From NCBI GenBank assembly GCA_002633005.1, contig NMRA01000291.1, positions 485,757 through 549,756 of the forward strand: a stretch of DNA of 64,000 bases, in the 5' to 3' direction. Below are positions 37,820 to 51,009 of this stretch, piece by piece (positions within the stretch are counted from its first letter, which is position 1; each line of letters opens with the position of its first letter). A program made the position numbers and the translations under genes. The notes beneath the pieces were generated by a model. The model ran no database searches. It saw only the letters and a program-made list of their open reading frames with translations, and was not told where the DNA came from. The stretch comes from Phoronis australis. Taxonomy: Eukaryota > Animalia > Phoronida.

Positions 37820-40800
37820 CTGAAAATCAAAAGCAGAAATCAAACCAGCACATTTTAAAAACAATCGGTTACATGACCCTTACATCAACTCTCTGTTTTC
37901 ATTGAATTTATTACAGGAACATTAATTGAAAAGAAAGCCCAGTTGCATGAGAACTGCACAATATCAACCCCAGTTTCACCAGCAACATTTCTGGGTGACC
38001 TGTGTTAAGACAGAAAAAAATTCAAGTTTACATGCTTTTGTACATGTTCCTTACACAAGTTTTCCTCATGTAACAAATGGGTCTCTTAAAATGAACTCTT
38101 GATGGAATGGTGTTCATTAATCCTGAATCACATCTTTCAAAAAGCGGGATGCCTTATATTCACCAGGTGGCACTACTGAATAAAGGCTTCTCTTTTAACA
38201 CTAGAAATGGATTAAGAGCAGGGTATGAAATGAAGGAATCTTTAGACTAACTATCTCTAATGTCTACTAAATGTATGTACTTAAACTGGCTCATAAGAAT
38301 TGTTATAGAACAGTCTAATAAATTTAAAGCTGCCCATTTATGACCATGAAAAATGTCTTCCAGTGACCCAAACACATAATCTAAATAATACCGAACCACC
38401 ACTGAGAAGTATTTGCATGAAATAAACCTTCGTTAAACTACTATATGAGTGATGTTACAAGCCAAAGTTGCTGCGTCGAGTAAGTATTTTCATGAGGCTG
38501 AACATTCATAAAACATCTATCTCACAAATCATCATTCGCAACAAAATATGAAAGAATCCATAGGTACACTACAGTTTAAAATTACTCGTTAATTCTCAAG
38601 AACTTATTATTGTTTCACACAGAGACTAAATTATTATGATTATCTTTGAAATTAGTAAAGATTACGGAAAGGGGATGAAAGACAAAGAATGAATGCATCG
38701 ACTTAAAATGAAATATTACAATAACTAAACAAAGATTTCAGCCATCATGACCCTTCGTTCTCGTGAGTTTTTGTCTACAACACTGGTAGAGACCAATTAG
38801 ATCTTCTGGGCATATCATGATCAAATCTCACACATTCCTGCTTGGCTTATTTATGAATGAAATCGGCTCAGAATACTAATATCAAGATTTGTAAATCATT
38901 TTAGATTTAATTCCTGGCTTGAGAGATCATATGTTTTTGAAGTGCTGGGCATTCTCTAGGCAAACGAGAAAGCATGCCTCATGTATGAGATTTAATAATA
39001 CGTTCAGACTTGTTATTTTCATGAGAAGGCAGACAGTGCATAGGAGCAGAAAGCATTAATGAGATTCTTACATTGAGCCATTTTGTGAACAATTACGTAT
39101 AAGCATAACATCAATGTTCAAAATGCTATTATTCTGGCCAATCACATGTGACCACCATGGGTAAACAGAGCCCAACAACCAATCACGTGATTGAAATTTT
39201 GGCTTTCCATGGCAAAAAGGCTGATCTTCAGTCTGGGATTGGATGATAAGAAGGCAAATCAAGTGTCCAAACAAACATTTAATCTGTCTTTCGACATGAC
39301 ACCATGTGAAATGCTCTATAAGTCAGCCAGTGTCTTTTCAAAAATCAGAGAAATGCCGAAATAGACTGTCTGGCAGATGAAGATAATACGCCGTACTAAC
39401 AAATACCTGGATAGAAGAAAAACATAGTAACTGGGTGATTAAGAAAAAACATTAGGTGAATAAGTATTGATAGCAGACATATTATAGAAATGGGAAAACA
39501 AGAAAGTTTGAAAGAAGACAAAATCTTGTTGAGCCAGCCTTATAAACATCAGTGTTCTGAGACATCTGTCTTGGATCTCAAAAAAATCTATTAAATACTG
39601 TCAGTTGATGAGGCTTTTATTCAGAGACAGATCCAGTGTAGATCATTAAGACATCTTTCAACACTTTAAATGCTCATTAGCTGTCAAGAGATCAATTTTA
39701 ATTGGCTAAATCGTGTACCAATGTCCCCAAAGAATTGGAGAATACATTGGCATCAAGTAAAATGTAGAGACCAGCATAAGCGTGGATAATGAAGCGAACC
39801 ATGGCTATTTTATTAAACTTTTATCAAACAAAAACTGAGGCACATAATGCTGTAATAGTCGAATGTGAAATCCAGGTTATAAAAGCTGTTTTTGTGTGGG
39901 CATAAGGAATATCTCCCAACAATCATGAGCACCAATGAGATGCGCATGTACCAAAAACTTTGTCATTTGCACCATTTTTGCAAAAGTGTGTCACCGTCCA
40001 TGCACAGTTTAGATGACAAAAACAGAAACATAGCTGACATCCAATGCCAATCAAATACATAACAAAACTTTTCACATGGAAAAATATTTCGGAAATAACT
40101 GAATTTCACAACAAAAAAACCACAAAGCTTTTAGCTCTGAGAAAACGCAGAGTTTATCTCAACCAACCAGCACAAAAGGACAAGCACAGCCAGCCATAAA
40201 GTTTTTGGCCCCCAGTACAAACTCCTTGAGACCATCCCGGGCAAAAGCACTGATATCTACAAAGGCAGGCTTAACCTATACTGTGTAGGTCCCTGTACTC
40301 CAACTGAACTTTACTGCAGTAAGTAGCTTTTAGCCTGAACTTAGCAGTAAAACCAACACCATTAAGATGACAAGAACACTGAATGGTCAGCCTTGGATCT
40401 GCTACTATAGACAAAACTAGACTGGTTTGGACCTACAAATAGGCTCAAGGGAGGACCTTAGGGTTACCTTCAAATGAGACGGCTATAACCGCCTTCTTCC
40501 TTTGTACCCCCTTGAGACATGTAACCTACTCCTTTAAGGTAAACAGTGTAAACATCTCGTTAACTAGTTTCAACTTCACTAAACAAACGTTCCCAGAGAG
40601 GCTGAACTGACTTGCAACACTTATCCCTTACAAGTACTAGCTCAACAAATATTCCAGAATTTCACTTAATCTGAGCACGTGCCATTCTCCACTCAAACGA
40701 GCAGTTGTAACATGAAGCATTGAATGCCAGAATTAATTTTGAGTAATTTTAATGAGCTCTCAATCCAGAATTTGTAGCCTAACTTTTTCACATTTTCAAA

Positions 40801-41042
40801 ACAGAAGCAATATCCAGTGAACTCCATTTTATTTTTTTCACTAGATGAAACAAAAGTTGAAAATGAAACTTTAAATTCGGTATAACAGTTAGGGTAAGTA
40901 AAACACTACCCAGTGAAATAAAAAATAAACAATAAAACCTCAATAATTAACACATCAAAAATGTTGAGTTTACTTCGTGACTAAAGGCAATTGTCAACCC
41001 TTGTGAAATATTGTCATGTCTGATCAATAATTTTGAACACTC

Positions 41043-41193
41043 CATTCTCAAAACATAAAGTGTATATTCTCTGAATCCTCCATGAATAAATAATCGTAAT
41101 ACACGCATTACAAAATTCACTGCATTCTCAAAACATAAAGTGTATATTCTCTGAATCCTACATGAATAAATAATCTTAATACATGCATTACAA
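41043..41193. repeat. About 80-bp tandem duplication
   Basis: CATTCTCAAAACATAAAGTGTATATTCTCTGAATCCT..CATTACAA occurs twice. Confidence 0.9.
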
Positions 41194-41866
41194 CATTGCA
41201 CAATTATACATAATCTAGACACTGCCATATTCGTGAAAACTAATTTTTGCTTTGAGCATGCACTTCTAAAATCCTCAACAGCAGATGACTTTTTGGTTAA
41301 AATGAAAATTCTTATTGTCAGAGCACAAGGAACCATATCCCAGATTTTTGATTTACCCTAAACAACAGAGATTGAAAGGTTAAAACATTTTGAGTGAGGG
41401 TCAAATCCAGGGAATACACAATCCAAATAAATGAAACATGCATACCGATTCTCCATCTAAGGCCAGCATCTTTAAATGAAATGACTCACCATTACCTTTC
41501 TCAAAAATACAGGCGGAGAGGCAGCCCAAGGCATTGACTTGAGAGGACAGTTATATGAGGGATCAATTGTCCCCTTTCAGTAGGGCCTTTGCAGTAAGAA
41601 CAGGATTTAAATTCATTTGGAACATTCATGCACTGTACTACAGTATGAGAGTGAGGTTCAGCACCAATAAACAATATATTTAATATTATTTTTTTTCGAA
41701 AACTAAAAATGGGGGCAGAAGATTGGTATATGAAAGTAATCCTTTCACTGGCAATCATTAGTACAAAATACACTGTTTTTAAAAAAATTGTTCATTCAAA
41801 AAATATTCACATGAACTAAGCTGAAAGTTGCTCCAGCTTCTGACAGTGCAGGTACATCATACTTAC

Positions 41867-41982
41867 TAAAGTTGGGCAGTCCGGGCACCCAGTTGGCGCC
41901 AGCCTCCCCACCACGGTCCTGGTAGATCCTGAACAACACGAAGGCCGTCAGTGGCTTCAGGATCAGATTGGTAATGCACATT
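41867..41982 (-). CDS. AGTRAP: AGTRAP coding exon 6 (MCITNLILKPLTAFVLFRIYQDRGGEAGANWVPGLPNF)
   Basis: aattcag acceptor, gtaagt donor; LKP...Y..RGGE motif of AGTRAP. Confidence 0.93.
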
Positions 41983-42759
41983 CTGAATTGTAACTAAGGA
42001 TAACAACTGAAGGAATGCAAGAATGGTGTCAAGCCAATGACAAGACTCTCGCAGTGACCTCTGCTGCCACTTAAAGGTACGCATACTGAGGTAAAATCTT
42101 GCCAATTTGGGACGAGTTACAGTAAAATTGACATTTTCTCATGTTCAAGGGATTTTGAAAATAGTATGAATGCCCAGAATACTGTCTGATGGAATTTATA
42201 GCACCATAGATTATAGACAACAGATTCACAACTCCGACATTTTCTTGCGTACTATCCTAGAGGAGGCTCCAATCTTCTAAATTACAAATTTCAGTTTCTG
42301 GTTAGTGTATTGTGATGACACAACAGCCGACCATGATTAGCAGACGACATACTTGCTGGAAGTAAAACTTGCCAATTTGGTCAGGTGTCACCAGTGAATA
42401 ATGACATCAGGGCTTCTGTAAGATAACAGATTTCATTCACTGAAAGTATACAGAGTTGGTCCATGTAACACAAAGTCGAAATGGTAATTTGAAGGTGTAA
42501 TCTGGTGATATTGAATGTGTATGACAAAAAAGCGAGGGTGAGAAAGGCACATGCTATTATACTTATAAAAAGGGCATTCCGAATTTGGCTTCTAGCGAGG
42601 CAGAAAAGTAACTTTCTTGGCAATTACTGATCCCACATGACTGGACTCTTGCAAGCAAGAAAGAGACTCTTGCAAGCATAAACAAGAGCAATACAAAGTG
42701 TTTGCACTCATGATTGTGCCACCAATAGTACGGTATGCTTCTAATGGTATTTATTACTA

Positions 42760-43600
42760 TCATAGAAATGACCGCTAGGTGGACAGGTGCAGAACATCTC
42801 AAATCCGTCCAAAATTGGGAAAGCATTGAAACCTATTTGTTGAATTTCTTCATAAAGACCAAGGAACTGCAGACATGTAATTGTCACTAAGAGGTACAGC
42901 AGTAGTTTGATCAGCCCAAGTTGTCATAGTCATAGGAATACACTTCACAAAGATCTTGCAAGGGGTATAAGAGAAACAGCCGTGGATGAAGAAGTTGCCA
43001 CAGTAATCGGACCCGTCCAAAAATCAATGTGAGCCATGGCCTTCTCAGAATGAACACATCCACCAATGTTCATAATTATCTTTTGAGTGGTTTGACAACA
43101 CCAAAAAACGTGGTAAATAATAAAAAATGATCACTAGGTAGCCCAAAATTCATCGAATCTGTCCAAAAATGGGTAGGGTTTGTCGTCTACTAAAAGAAAC
43201 CTATTAGCCAGATTGCATGAAAATTAGTCAAGCAACACTGAAGATACATATGTAAGAATAAAAAAATAAAATTGCCACAAGGGGGCACAGTGGTAGTCAG
43301 ATTGCTCCAAATAAGCCATCGTCATTCGTTAATCACATTCATAGAAAGACTTCTAGCCAAGTTTCACAAACATTCTGTAAGGAGTTTAGAAGATACAGCT
43401 GCCGCAAACACAAAAAAATTGCCACTAGGGGACACCACATAGATCGGACCTGTCCGTAAATCAACATCAGCCATAGTCAGGAAGAACGCTTCTGCCAATT
43501 TTTATTATCATCCATAAACAGCCACTATGGGGCACACTGATAGTCAGATCTGTCCAGAAAAATCAATAACCTGAAGCACGTGTGCCTCAACATTAATTAA
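42760..43600 (+). mobile_element. Older Helentron-type element with an internal tandem array (same family group as 45370-46914)
   Basis: Repeated AAATTGCCAC.AGGGG.CAC...GATC.GAC..GTCC units about 120-160 bp apart. Confidence 0.65.
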
Positions 43601-44282
43601 TTTAGCAAATCTTTTTATTGTCTACAGCCAAAAGAATTTTGAGGCACGACCCACCAATACACTTGTTTTAAAAATAAAAATCTAGCACCTGGCAAGTTCA
43701 AGAAGACAAAGGTGGTGAGTAGATAAATTAGTCATTGTTTTTGCCCTAAAATGCAGCAGAAATTATAGGACACTAGACTGATGGGCCACCACGTGGCAAG
43801 TCTTTGCACTGAGGTCCAAAAGTTTTGAAGAAGATATTGTGGGATGGAAAAAAATCAAAAGAGCCTTCGCCCATCGCATGAGAGAACAAATAATTAAATA
43901 AATCCACTTCAAAACTGTTGAAATCCACTTAGATTTTTCAGAAATGTTGATGGCAGAAACGAGAACTTGTTATTGGACCTTGAGAAGACTGGCATTAAGC
44001 TTGTAAACACTGACACAGTCGTGCTCTTAAGAATGAGAAAGACTGACTACAGTTGTCTGACTTGGCAGTTTCACCACGTCAACCAGCTAAGACATCACGT
44101 TGTTTTAAAAGCCAAAATTAAGTCATCGAGAACAAATCAGATAAACTATGACTAGACATTAGCGAATGTTTCAAATCAGTTAGGAAGAACAAAAGCATCC
44201 AAGGAGATGGTTATTATAAACTGAGCAAGTGAAGTAGAAAATAGCCAGTGAGAACAATTCATGTGACATCGCAAAAGGATAC

Positions 44283-44325
44283 CCAAGCGAAAATCTGTAG
44301 GTATTTTTAACACCATCTGGAGTAG
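44283..44325 (-). CDS. AGTRAP: AGTRAP coding exon 5 (TTPDGVKNTYRFSLG)
   Basis: ttctttcag acceptor, gtatcc donor, 43 nt; bridges phase 1 to phase 2 exactly; RFSLG matches RFGVG. Confidence 0.88.
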
Positions 44326-44922
44326 CTGAAAGAAAAGAACAACATTAACAAAGCTCCATTAAGCACTGACCGAATAATCACTTATGTGGTATTAAACCCA
44401 CAGTTCCTATAAAAACAAGTTTTGATTTTGTTACAGATTGTGCTTGTTGTGCTCACAGTGTTTGTATAGTTTACTGGATTAGTAGTCAATTTTGACTTGA
44501 TGTTTAATTCATATTCTTGGAAAACATGGTAAGCAATACTTCCTGTTCTTAGAATTATTTAGACTTCTACCAAAGCATTTTTTGTTCATGTTATTTGACT
44601 GGTTGATTCTTGTATCTCTAATCTGATTGGTTGATTCCAGTATCTGGTAGTCTCTATATATTTCATTACATTCAGTTGTTTTCTACTCAGAGCGTACCCC
44701 ATGTACTTCTCGAGCTCTTTAAATCAGGATGTAGTCTACTCAGCCAGATCTAACTATTGAACCACCCGGGTTTATGGCCAAAGACTTATTGGCAACTTAC
44801 CACTATCAAATTGGTCAAATTAATAACATGCTCCTTACTCAGTGGATAAGTGATATCAAGGCTTGGGAAGAATTACGTTATTTCTTGAGACCAAGTTCAG
44901 GACAAAACAATTCTTCTCAAGC

Positions 44923-45082
44923 CATAGGCGGATCCAGCGGTGTCAAGGGGGTCCGGACCAGCCTTTTCCCCTTGACTTTAATAATATCAAATTCTAGAAT
45001 GCTCAAATTGTTGACTTGGACCCTCCCTTTTAAAAAAATCCTTGATCCGACCCTCCTTTAAAAAATCCTGGATCCACCCTCG
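44923..45082. mobile_element. GGCGGATCC-type MITE, 5-bp TSD CAAGC
   Basis: CATAGGCGGATCCAG ... CTGGATCCACCCTCG; related copies at about 6362-6520, 15440, 30025, 33319, 49866 and 59418. Confidence 0.85.
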
Positions 45083-45369
45083 CAAGCCAAGAGATCACTT
45101 CTAAACCGAGAAAGGAACAAAAGTCTGTAGCACACCCTTGAGAAAGAGCACATCGCTCGATACGTGGGGATATTTTAATATATTTTAGTACCAACGCTCG
45201 TCATTTTAGTTTCACTAGTTTTACTATTTTATATTTTTATTCATCGGTAACTGACGGCATTGCAACATCTGTTTGAACAAAATAAACTTTAATGACAAAG
45301 AGCATGGGTTTAATGCTGCCTTAATCTATAAATACCCTAAAACTTAATTTCAATCCATGCTCGATGTTT

Positions 45370-46914
45370 AACAAGAGCAACGCGAGCATTGAAATGCGCC
45401 CACAAATGCACCGCAAACCGTGTGCTTCTAGCCCTGGGTGTTTATTTGAACATAAAAATGGCCACTAGAAGGTGCAAAATATGTTGCATACATCTGAAAA
45501 CTGGTATGTGTCATCAAAGCTAATTACCAAATTTCATAAAAGTCCATCAACAAACTTCTGAGAAGACAAGGAAAACGAAAAAATGAAATTGCCACAAAGA
45601 TGCTATAGGTGCAAAAACATAACTGCCTCTAAGAGGCACCACAATAGATAAAGTGGTCAGAAAATCACCCGCACACTTTCTCTTCACATTAGGAACATAC
45701 ATGCCAATTTCCACAACCATCCTTGAAGTGGTTTGGTTGACAGAGGGGCAGATGCTAAATAACAAGACTCGTAAACAGTAAAAATGGCCATGTGGCGCAA
45801 AAAGGCTCGAATTCACCCGAAAACTGGCCGATAGTGCCACCTCACTAATAGATGCCTATCTGCCCAATTTGACGAAAATCCAATGACCTTTGAAGATACA
45901 GAGGTAAACTTAAAAAAATAAAATTGCCACTTGGGGGAACACCAGTAGCCTGATCCATCCGAAAGTCGTCGTCCTCCGTTGTCAAATTCATATAAATACA
46001 CCAGCAAACTTCAATAAAGATCCTGTAGAGCGTTTAGGAGATACAGCCATGGGCGCAAAATAAACAAAACTGCCACTAGGAGGTGTCACAGTACTCAAAG
46101 TCATCGAAAAATCGCCAGTCGCCCTCTTCTCTGTAAGTACAATTTTCAAAATTATCCCTAGAGCAGTTTGGTTGATAGAAGGGGGGACGCTAAAAAACAG
46201 ACTAAAAAAAACAGTAAATATGGCCACCAGGTGGTGCAAAGTACTTCGAATCCGTCTGAATACAGGAGGGTGGCATCATCTCACTAATAGATGCCTAACT
46301 GCCAAATTTTATGAAAATCTGCGTAAAAAAAATAAAATTACCACTAAGAGGGCACACCGGTAGTCGGAGAGGTCTGAAATGCAATTCGTCGTCGTCCATC
46401 ATCAGCTTCATAGGAACATATCTGCTGTGAGGGGTTTAGGGGATATAGCTATGGGTGCAAAAACAAAACAAAACTGCCACTAGGAGGCGGTACAGTAGTC
46501 TAAGACATTGGAAAATCATTTTCAAAATCATCCCTAGAGCGTTTAGTTGATAGAACAGCGGACGCCAAAAAAACAGACTCGAAAACAGTAAAAATGGCAA
46601 CTAGGTGGCACAAAGTATCTTGAATCCGTTCGAAAACAGGAGGATAGCATCATCTCATTAATAGTTGCCTAACTGGCAAATTTTATGAAAATCTGCTGAG
46701 GACCTTCGAAGATACAGAGGTAAGTGAAAAAACTAAAGTTGCCACTAGGGGGCACACTGGTAATCGGATCCGTCCGAAAGTGCATGAAAGGAACATGTGT
46801 GCAAAATTTCATGAACATACCTTGAACGGTTTTTGACATAGAGCAGCAGACACCAGACGGATGCCTGGTCAGGCATGACGGCATAATGCGTCCACATATG
46901 TGGGCGCATAAAAA
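45370..46914 (+). mobile_element. Helentron-associated element (HINE) with an internal satellite-like array
   Basis: AACAAG start, 5' subTIR ATGCGCCCACA, 3' hairpin ATGCGTCCACATATGTGGGCGCAT followed by an A-run, internal about 140-bp monomers. Confidence 0.8.
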
Positions 46915-47501
46915 TTGAGACTGATAACTATTCATTTACAATTCAAGAGAATAATCTGAAATTGTAGAGTAATCAGAAATTCATATTAGTGCATTTCATT
47001 AGCCAGAGCAAAATAATCCACACACGCTTCTCTGAACACACATCGACATAACAGAACTTTTACAGTAATACTCTTTGACAGGGAAATGCTACATTCTTGT
47101 CAATTTGGCTTGTTTTACTTAATCTGAAAGGTATTTTGACAACTTTATTTGATTTTTACAAACAAAATTAACAATTCTTCAAACCAAAAATGTGCGCTAT
47201 GACCAAGTTACACAAAACAAAATTTTATTACTGAGTGTCTGAGTGGCTGAAAAGCTGTTCCATTTGCTTATTATCATTACCTGTTTCTGAAATTACCGCT
47301 CAAATTGTAATGCACCAGTTTCAAGAATTAGTAGAAATGTTCAAAATACTTTACAAAGTAAGTAAAATATGCCAAATTGACCAAAAATATCCTCAAAAAT
47401 GGAACTATTCTTCTTTCCAATTCAATGCATTTGACTTTTCCACAACACTGCTAACAATACACATTTTCACTTGGTTGTTAACTGATACTTGCCACATCAA
47501 G

Positions 47502-47898
47502 CTCCACTGACAGTTTAGGAAATACATGAACACTTGCAGTCATATTATGATGTTCAAACTCTCCACTGTCTGGTAAATGCATGAACGCTTCCAGCCATAT
47601 GATGTTCACACACTCCACTGACAGTTAGGGAAATGCATGAACACTTGCAATCATATTATGTCCAAACTCTCCACTGACAGTGATGGAAATGCACGAACAC
47701 TTGCAATCATATTATGTCCAAACTCTCCACTGACAGTTAGGGAAATACATGAACAATTGCAATCATATTATGTTCACACTCTCCACTGACAGTTACGGAA
47801 ATGCATGAACACTTGCAATCATATTATGTTCAAACTCTCCACTGACAGTTTGAGAAATGCATGAATGCTTGCAGTCATATTATGATTGATGTTCAAAC
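47502..47898. repeat. Minisatellite, about 51-59-bp unit, 7 copies
   Basis: CTCCACTGACAGTTAGGGAAATGCATGAACACTTGCAATCATATTATGT.CAAACT repeated with no unique spacers. Confidence 0.95.
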
Positions 47899-48054
47899 TC
47901 ATGCTTTTTTCATCTTAAAATTAGACATCGGAACAATACCTAGTTCTTCAATCTGAGGTTGTTGACCAATCTGTCGGTTTTTTACAAACATGCAATTAAT
48001 GCTAAAATTACGCTGCCATCTGAATGCAGTTCTGAGCCACCCCAACATAAGAAG

Positions 48055-48150
48055 AAGCCTTGGCTGGGATTCGAACCCACACAAATTGTTCCCATGGAGT
48101 TAGAAACCTGAGTTTCCAAAGTAAGAGGTCAGCGCATTAACCAAATGTGT
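48055..48150 (-). mobile_element. tRNA-derived SINE head
   Basis: A-box-like TGGTTAATGCGCT and B-box GGGTTCGAATCCC on the minus strand; no cloverleaf. Confidence 0.55.
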
Positions 48151-48295
48151 GAATAGTGTCACAAATAAAAATAAATTACTAGCTAGAATCAACTGGTCTT
48201 CCACATTAAAAAAGTTGTAATGTCAACTACAAATATCTACAGTTGAGAACAACAAATATCAGTATTGAAATTTAGTCCAAAACTCCTGTACTTAC

Positions 48296-48386
48296 TGCCT
48301 CGTTCATAGTTATTGTCGGCGATAGGCTGGTAAATGGACAGGATTACTATGTCATTCAAAATAGAGATTAAGTGGACTATCAGCAA
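48296..48386 (-). CDS. AGTRAP: AGTRAP coding exon 4 (LLIVHLISILNDIVILSIYQPIADNNYERG)
   Basis: catttcag acceptor, gtaagt donor, 91 nt; matches the TIFLDIVHISIFYP transmembrane segment. Confidence 0.92.
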
Positions 48387-49599
48387 CTGAAATGAAAACA
48401 TGGAAAAACATAAACTTCACATAAACCCACTAATTCAAAAGCAAAATTCAACAACTAGTACGGTAGGTGGAATGTGTAGTTGTCATGGATACTACAGAAC
48501 AATAGCAAAATAGCAAGAGCTCCTCAGAGTCCCTTGCAAGCCGTATGCATGAGCACTTTCATTAACAGAATTCTTTGCTCATGAACCCCGTGCTAACTTT
48601 CTTACAAGCAACTGTTTGAGATAAAAGGTCTATAACAAAAGAAATTACTTAGCAGCAAAACATCTTCAAAGCATAAGAGAGGAAACACAGGCGGTGATAG
48701 AATCCGTGATTGTTAGAAAGAGTGAGAATGCTTGTGTGGTTCATGAGGAAGGAAATCGAAGTAGTTATGCATCAACAAAAATGTCAGACATCTGCCAACA
48801 AGAGTGGAATTTATCATACTGTGTTTCAGCTGAGGACAGATGTTTCAGTGGTTATATAATAAAGTAACATTATACTAAACAACAAAAGAATCATAAATTT
48901 TGGGTTGGAGCTCTCAACAGCAAAAGGCGAAGGGCCAGAGCAGATGGAGAGCTACGTGCTTCCAATGTAAATAAACTCAACACATAGCTCACATCTGCAG
49001 CAAAATGAAGTGCGAAGAATTTGCTTAGGAAGGCAGTGAGGCAAACGTCTCACTCCTTGGATTTCTTTTATCTGGCAAGTGTAAATCCTTATCCTCACAA
49101 CATGCAGGTGAGTTAAGTTTAAGTGCTTAGTAGATTACCCTGATGATTGATCACCATGGATAGCTGATCCCCCCCCCCATACACAGTCAAACTAAATAAT
49201 TTCATCACCTGTCAACAGCAAATCTCTCTCTGTCTTGTTACTCTGTTTACTTTAGTACAAACAATTTACAGATCAGGGAGCATTTTGCCTTGCTGCCAGT
49301 CAGGTAACAATGTTGTGAGGTAAATTTCACAAACAGCTCAGCTTGCACACTATACACCAAAAGTATTCAGACAAAATGACCCAGAATTCACCATTCCGAC
49401 GGCTGAATGGAAGCCAAATTCATCGTCAGAGTAAACTTCTCTCGTCACCGAGAATGAAGGGTAATTTAAAGAAACTTAGTAAAGTTGATAAGCCATTTTG
49501 TATCCAGTATTGTGCCTCCTTAATAGTCATTACCAGTCATTGGTAACTAACAGAATTAACCGTCATGGTGAAGAAAAGGTATTCTGTTTTTAGCAGTGT

Positions 49600-49865
49600 G
49601 TCATGTACTGTAGCTGTCCGTCATGTAGTGTAGCTGTCCGTCATGTACTGTAGTTGTCCGTCACGTACTGTAGTTGTCCGTCATGTACTGTAGTTGTCCG
49701 TCATGTACTGTAGCTGTCCGTTATGAATAGTTGTCCGTCATGCATTGCAGCTGTCCGTCATGCACTCCAGCTGTCCGTCATGTAGTATAGGTGTCCGTCA
49801 TGTCATTACTGCAGCTGTCCGTCATGCACTCCAACTGTCCATTACGTACTGTAGGTGTCCGTCAC
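49600..49865. repeat. 20-bp minisatellite, about 13 copies, with one more unit after 50204
   Basis: TCATGTACTGTAG(C/T)TGTCCG repeated. Confidence 0.95.
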
Positions 49866-50204
49866 CATAAGCGGATTTAGGGGCGGCCCAGCCCCCCCTT
49901 GGCTGGTGTAAGCAAAATTAAACAGCAACAGCATGAAGCGTGTGGAAATATGGAGTTTACCAACCAGGAATGGCAGCAGACGAGGAGGGGGGGGGGCTCC
50001 GGAGTGCAGCGGAATCGTGTTGCCGTTTTTTTTAGTCCTCCGATAGATTTTGGGAACGCCAGGTCACATCGCCGGCCCCCACAACTTTTCAACTTTTCAG
50101 GGCGCCTGTGCATACAATCGCGCTTTGCCCAATTCTCTGAGCTCAATTTCTCTGAGGCAACATGTTGGCCCCCCCCCCCTTATGATATCCTAGATCCGCC
50201 GCTG
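49866..50204. mobile_element. GGCGGATCT-type MITE inserted into the minisatellite
   Basis: CATAAGCGGATTTAGG ... CCTAGATCCGCCGCTG with GTCAC/GTCAT flanks. Confidence 0.85.
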
Positions 50205-50333
50205 GTCATGTACTGTAGATATTCGTCAAAGCTGGCCCTAACTATACTCGCAACACAATTAGCATAAGATCTGCTACATTGACATGATGCAATCAAACCA
50301 CACCTCAATACTTGAGTTGACTGTTCGACTTAC

Positions 50334-50445
50334 CAGTAAAACTGCATCCACACTGTCTGGAAACACGATAGCAAAAACTCCGATCATCAGAATAAACGCG
50401 TTCATATAGGCATAAGTTGGTGGCAACCAGGCCAACAATATGGCC
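50334..50445 (-). CDS. AGTRAP: AGTRAP coding exon 3 (AILLAWLPPTYAYMNAFILMIGVFAIVFPDSVDAVLL)
   Basis: ttttctag acceptor, gtaagt donor, 112 nt, phase-consistent; matches SYAWANFTILALGVWAVAQRDSIDAISM. Confidence 0.92.
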
Positions 50446-51009
50446 CTAGAAAAGAAAAATGGCTGACAATGTAACAAAGACCTGGAGTAAAAGCAGCAAC
50501 AGTTATAAAACTGGTCTTAACATGATCCTTAGTGCACTCCAATGTGAAGTAGTGTCTGGACTTGGCAATGAATGACAAAGGGTTGCTACTCATGATCATG
50601 CTCCAAACATTTACAAAACCTGTTGAAAAAACTGCCTTGTTAAGCCTGGTCAAATTAATAACGAAATGCCAGTTGTTTTCAAGTTCAGAAATACCCACGA
50701 GAAAGAAACAAGTTGAGACTACGGGTAACTTAGTGATGGTATGTGGTCTACATCAAAAGTTCTTCATGCAGTTTTATTAACATCTTAAAAATGGAAAGTT
50801 TGTCAACACTGCACCATTAGATTTCCTGAAATTGACTGGTATCTAGATAAAAGTGTATTGATTTAGAACACTTATCTGAGTCTGGAAATACTGGACATTA
50901 TCCTAGATAAGAGGTTTCCACAATGTTATCTGTGCTGTGGTATCATTTGGTCACTTACCATCCTAGTGTGACCTTATTAGTTTATGGAGTTATTCACAGA
51001 ATGCTCTAA

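Noticed and set aside
47502-47898. Regular repeats resembling a CRISPR array
   Set aside because: Whole units repeat with no unique spacers, there are no cas genes, and the context is a eukaryotic intron; it is a minisatellite. The same applies to 49600-49865.
48055-48150. Possible tRNA gene
   Set aside because: A/B-box-like motifs only; spacing too long and no acceptor stem, so called a SINE fragment.
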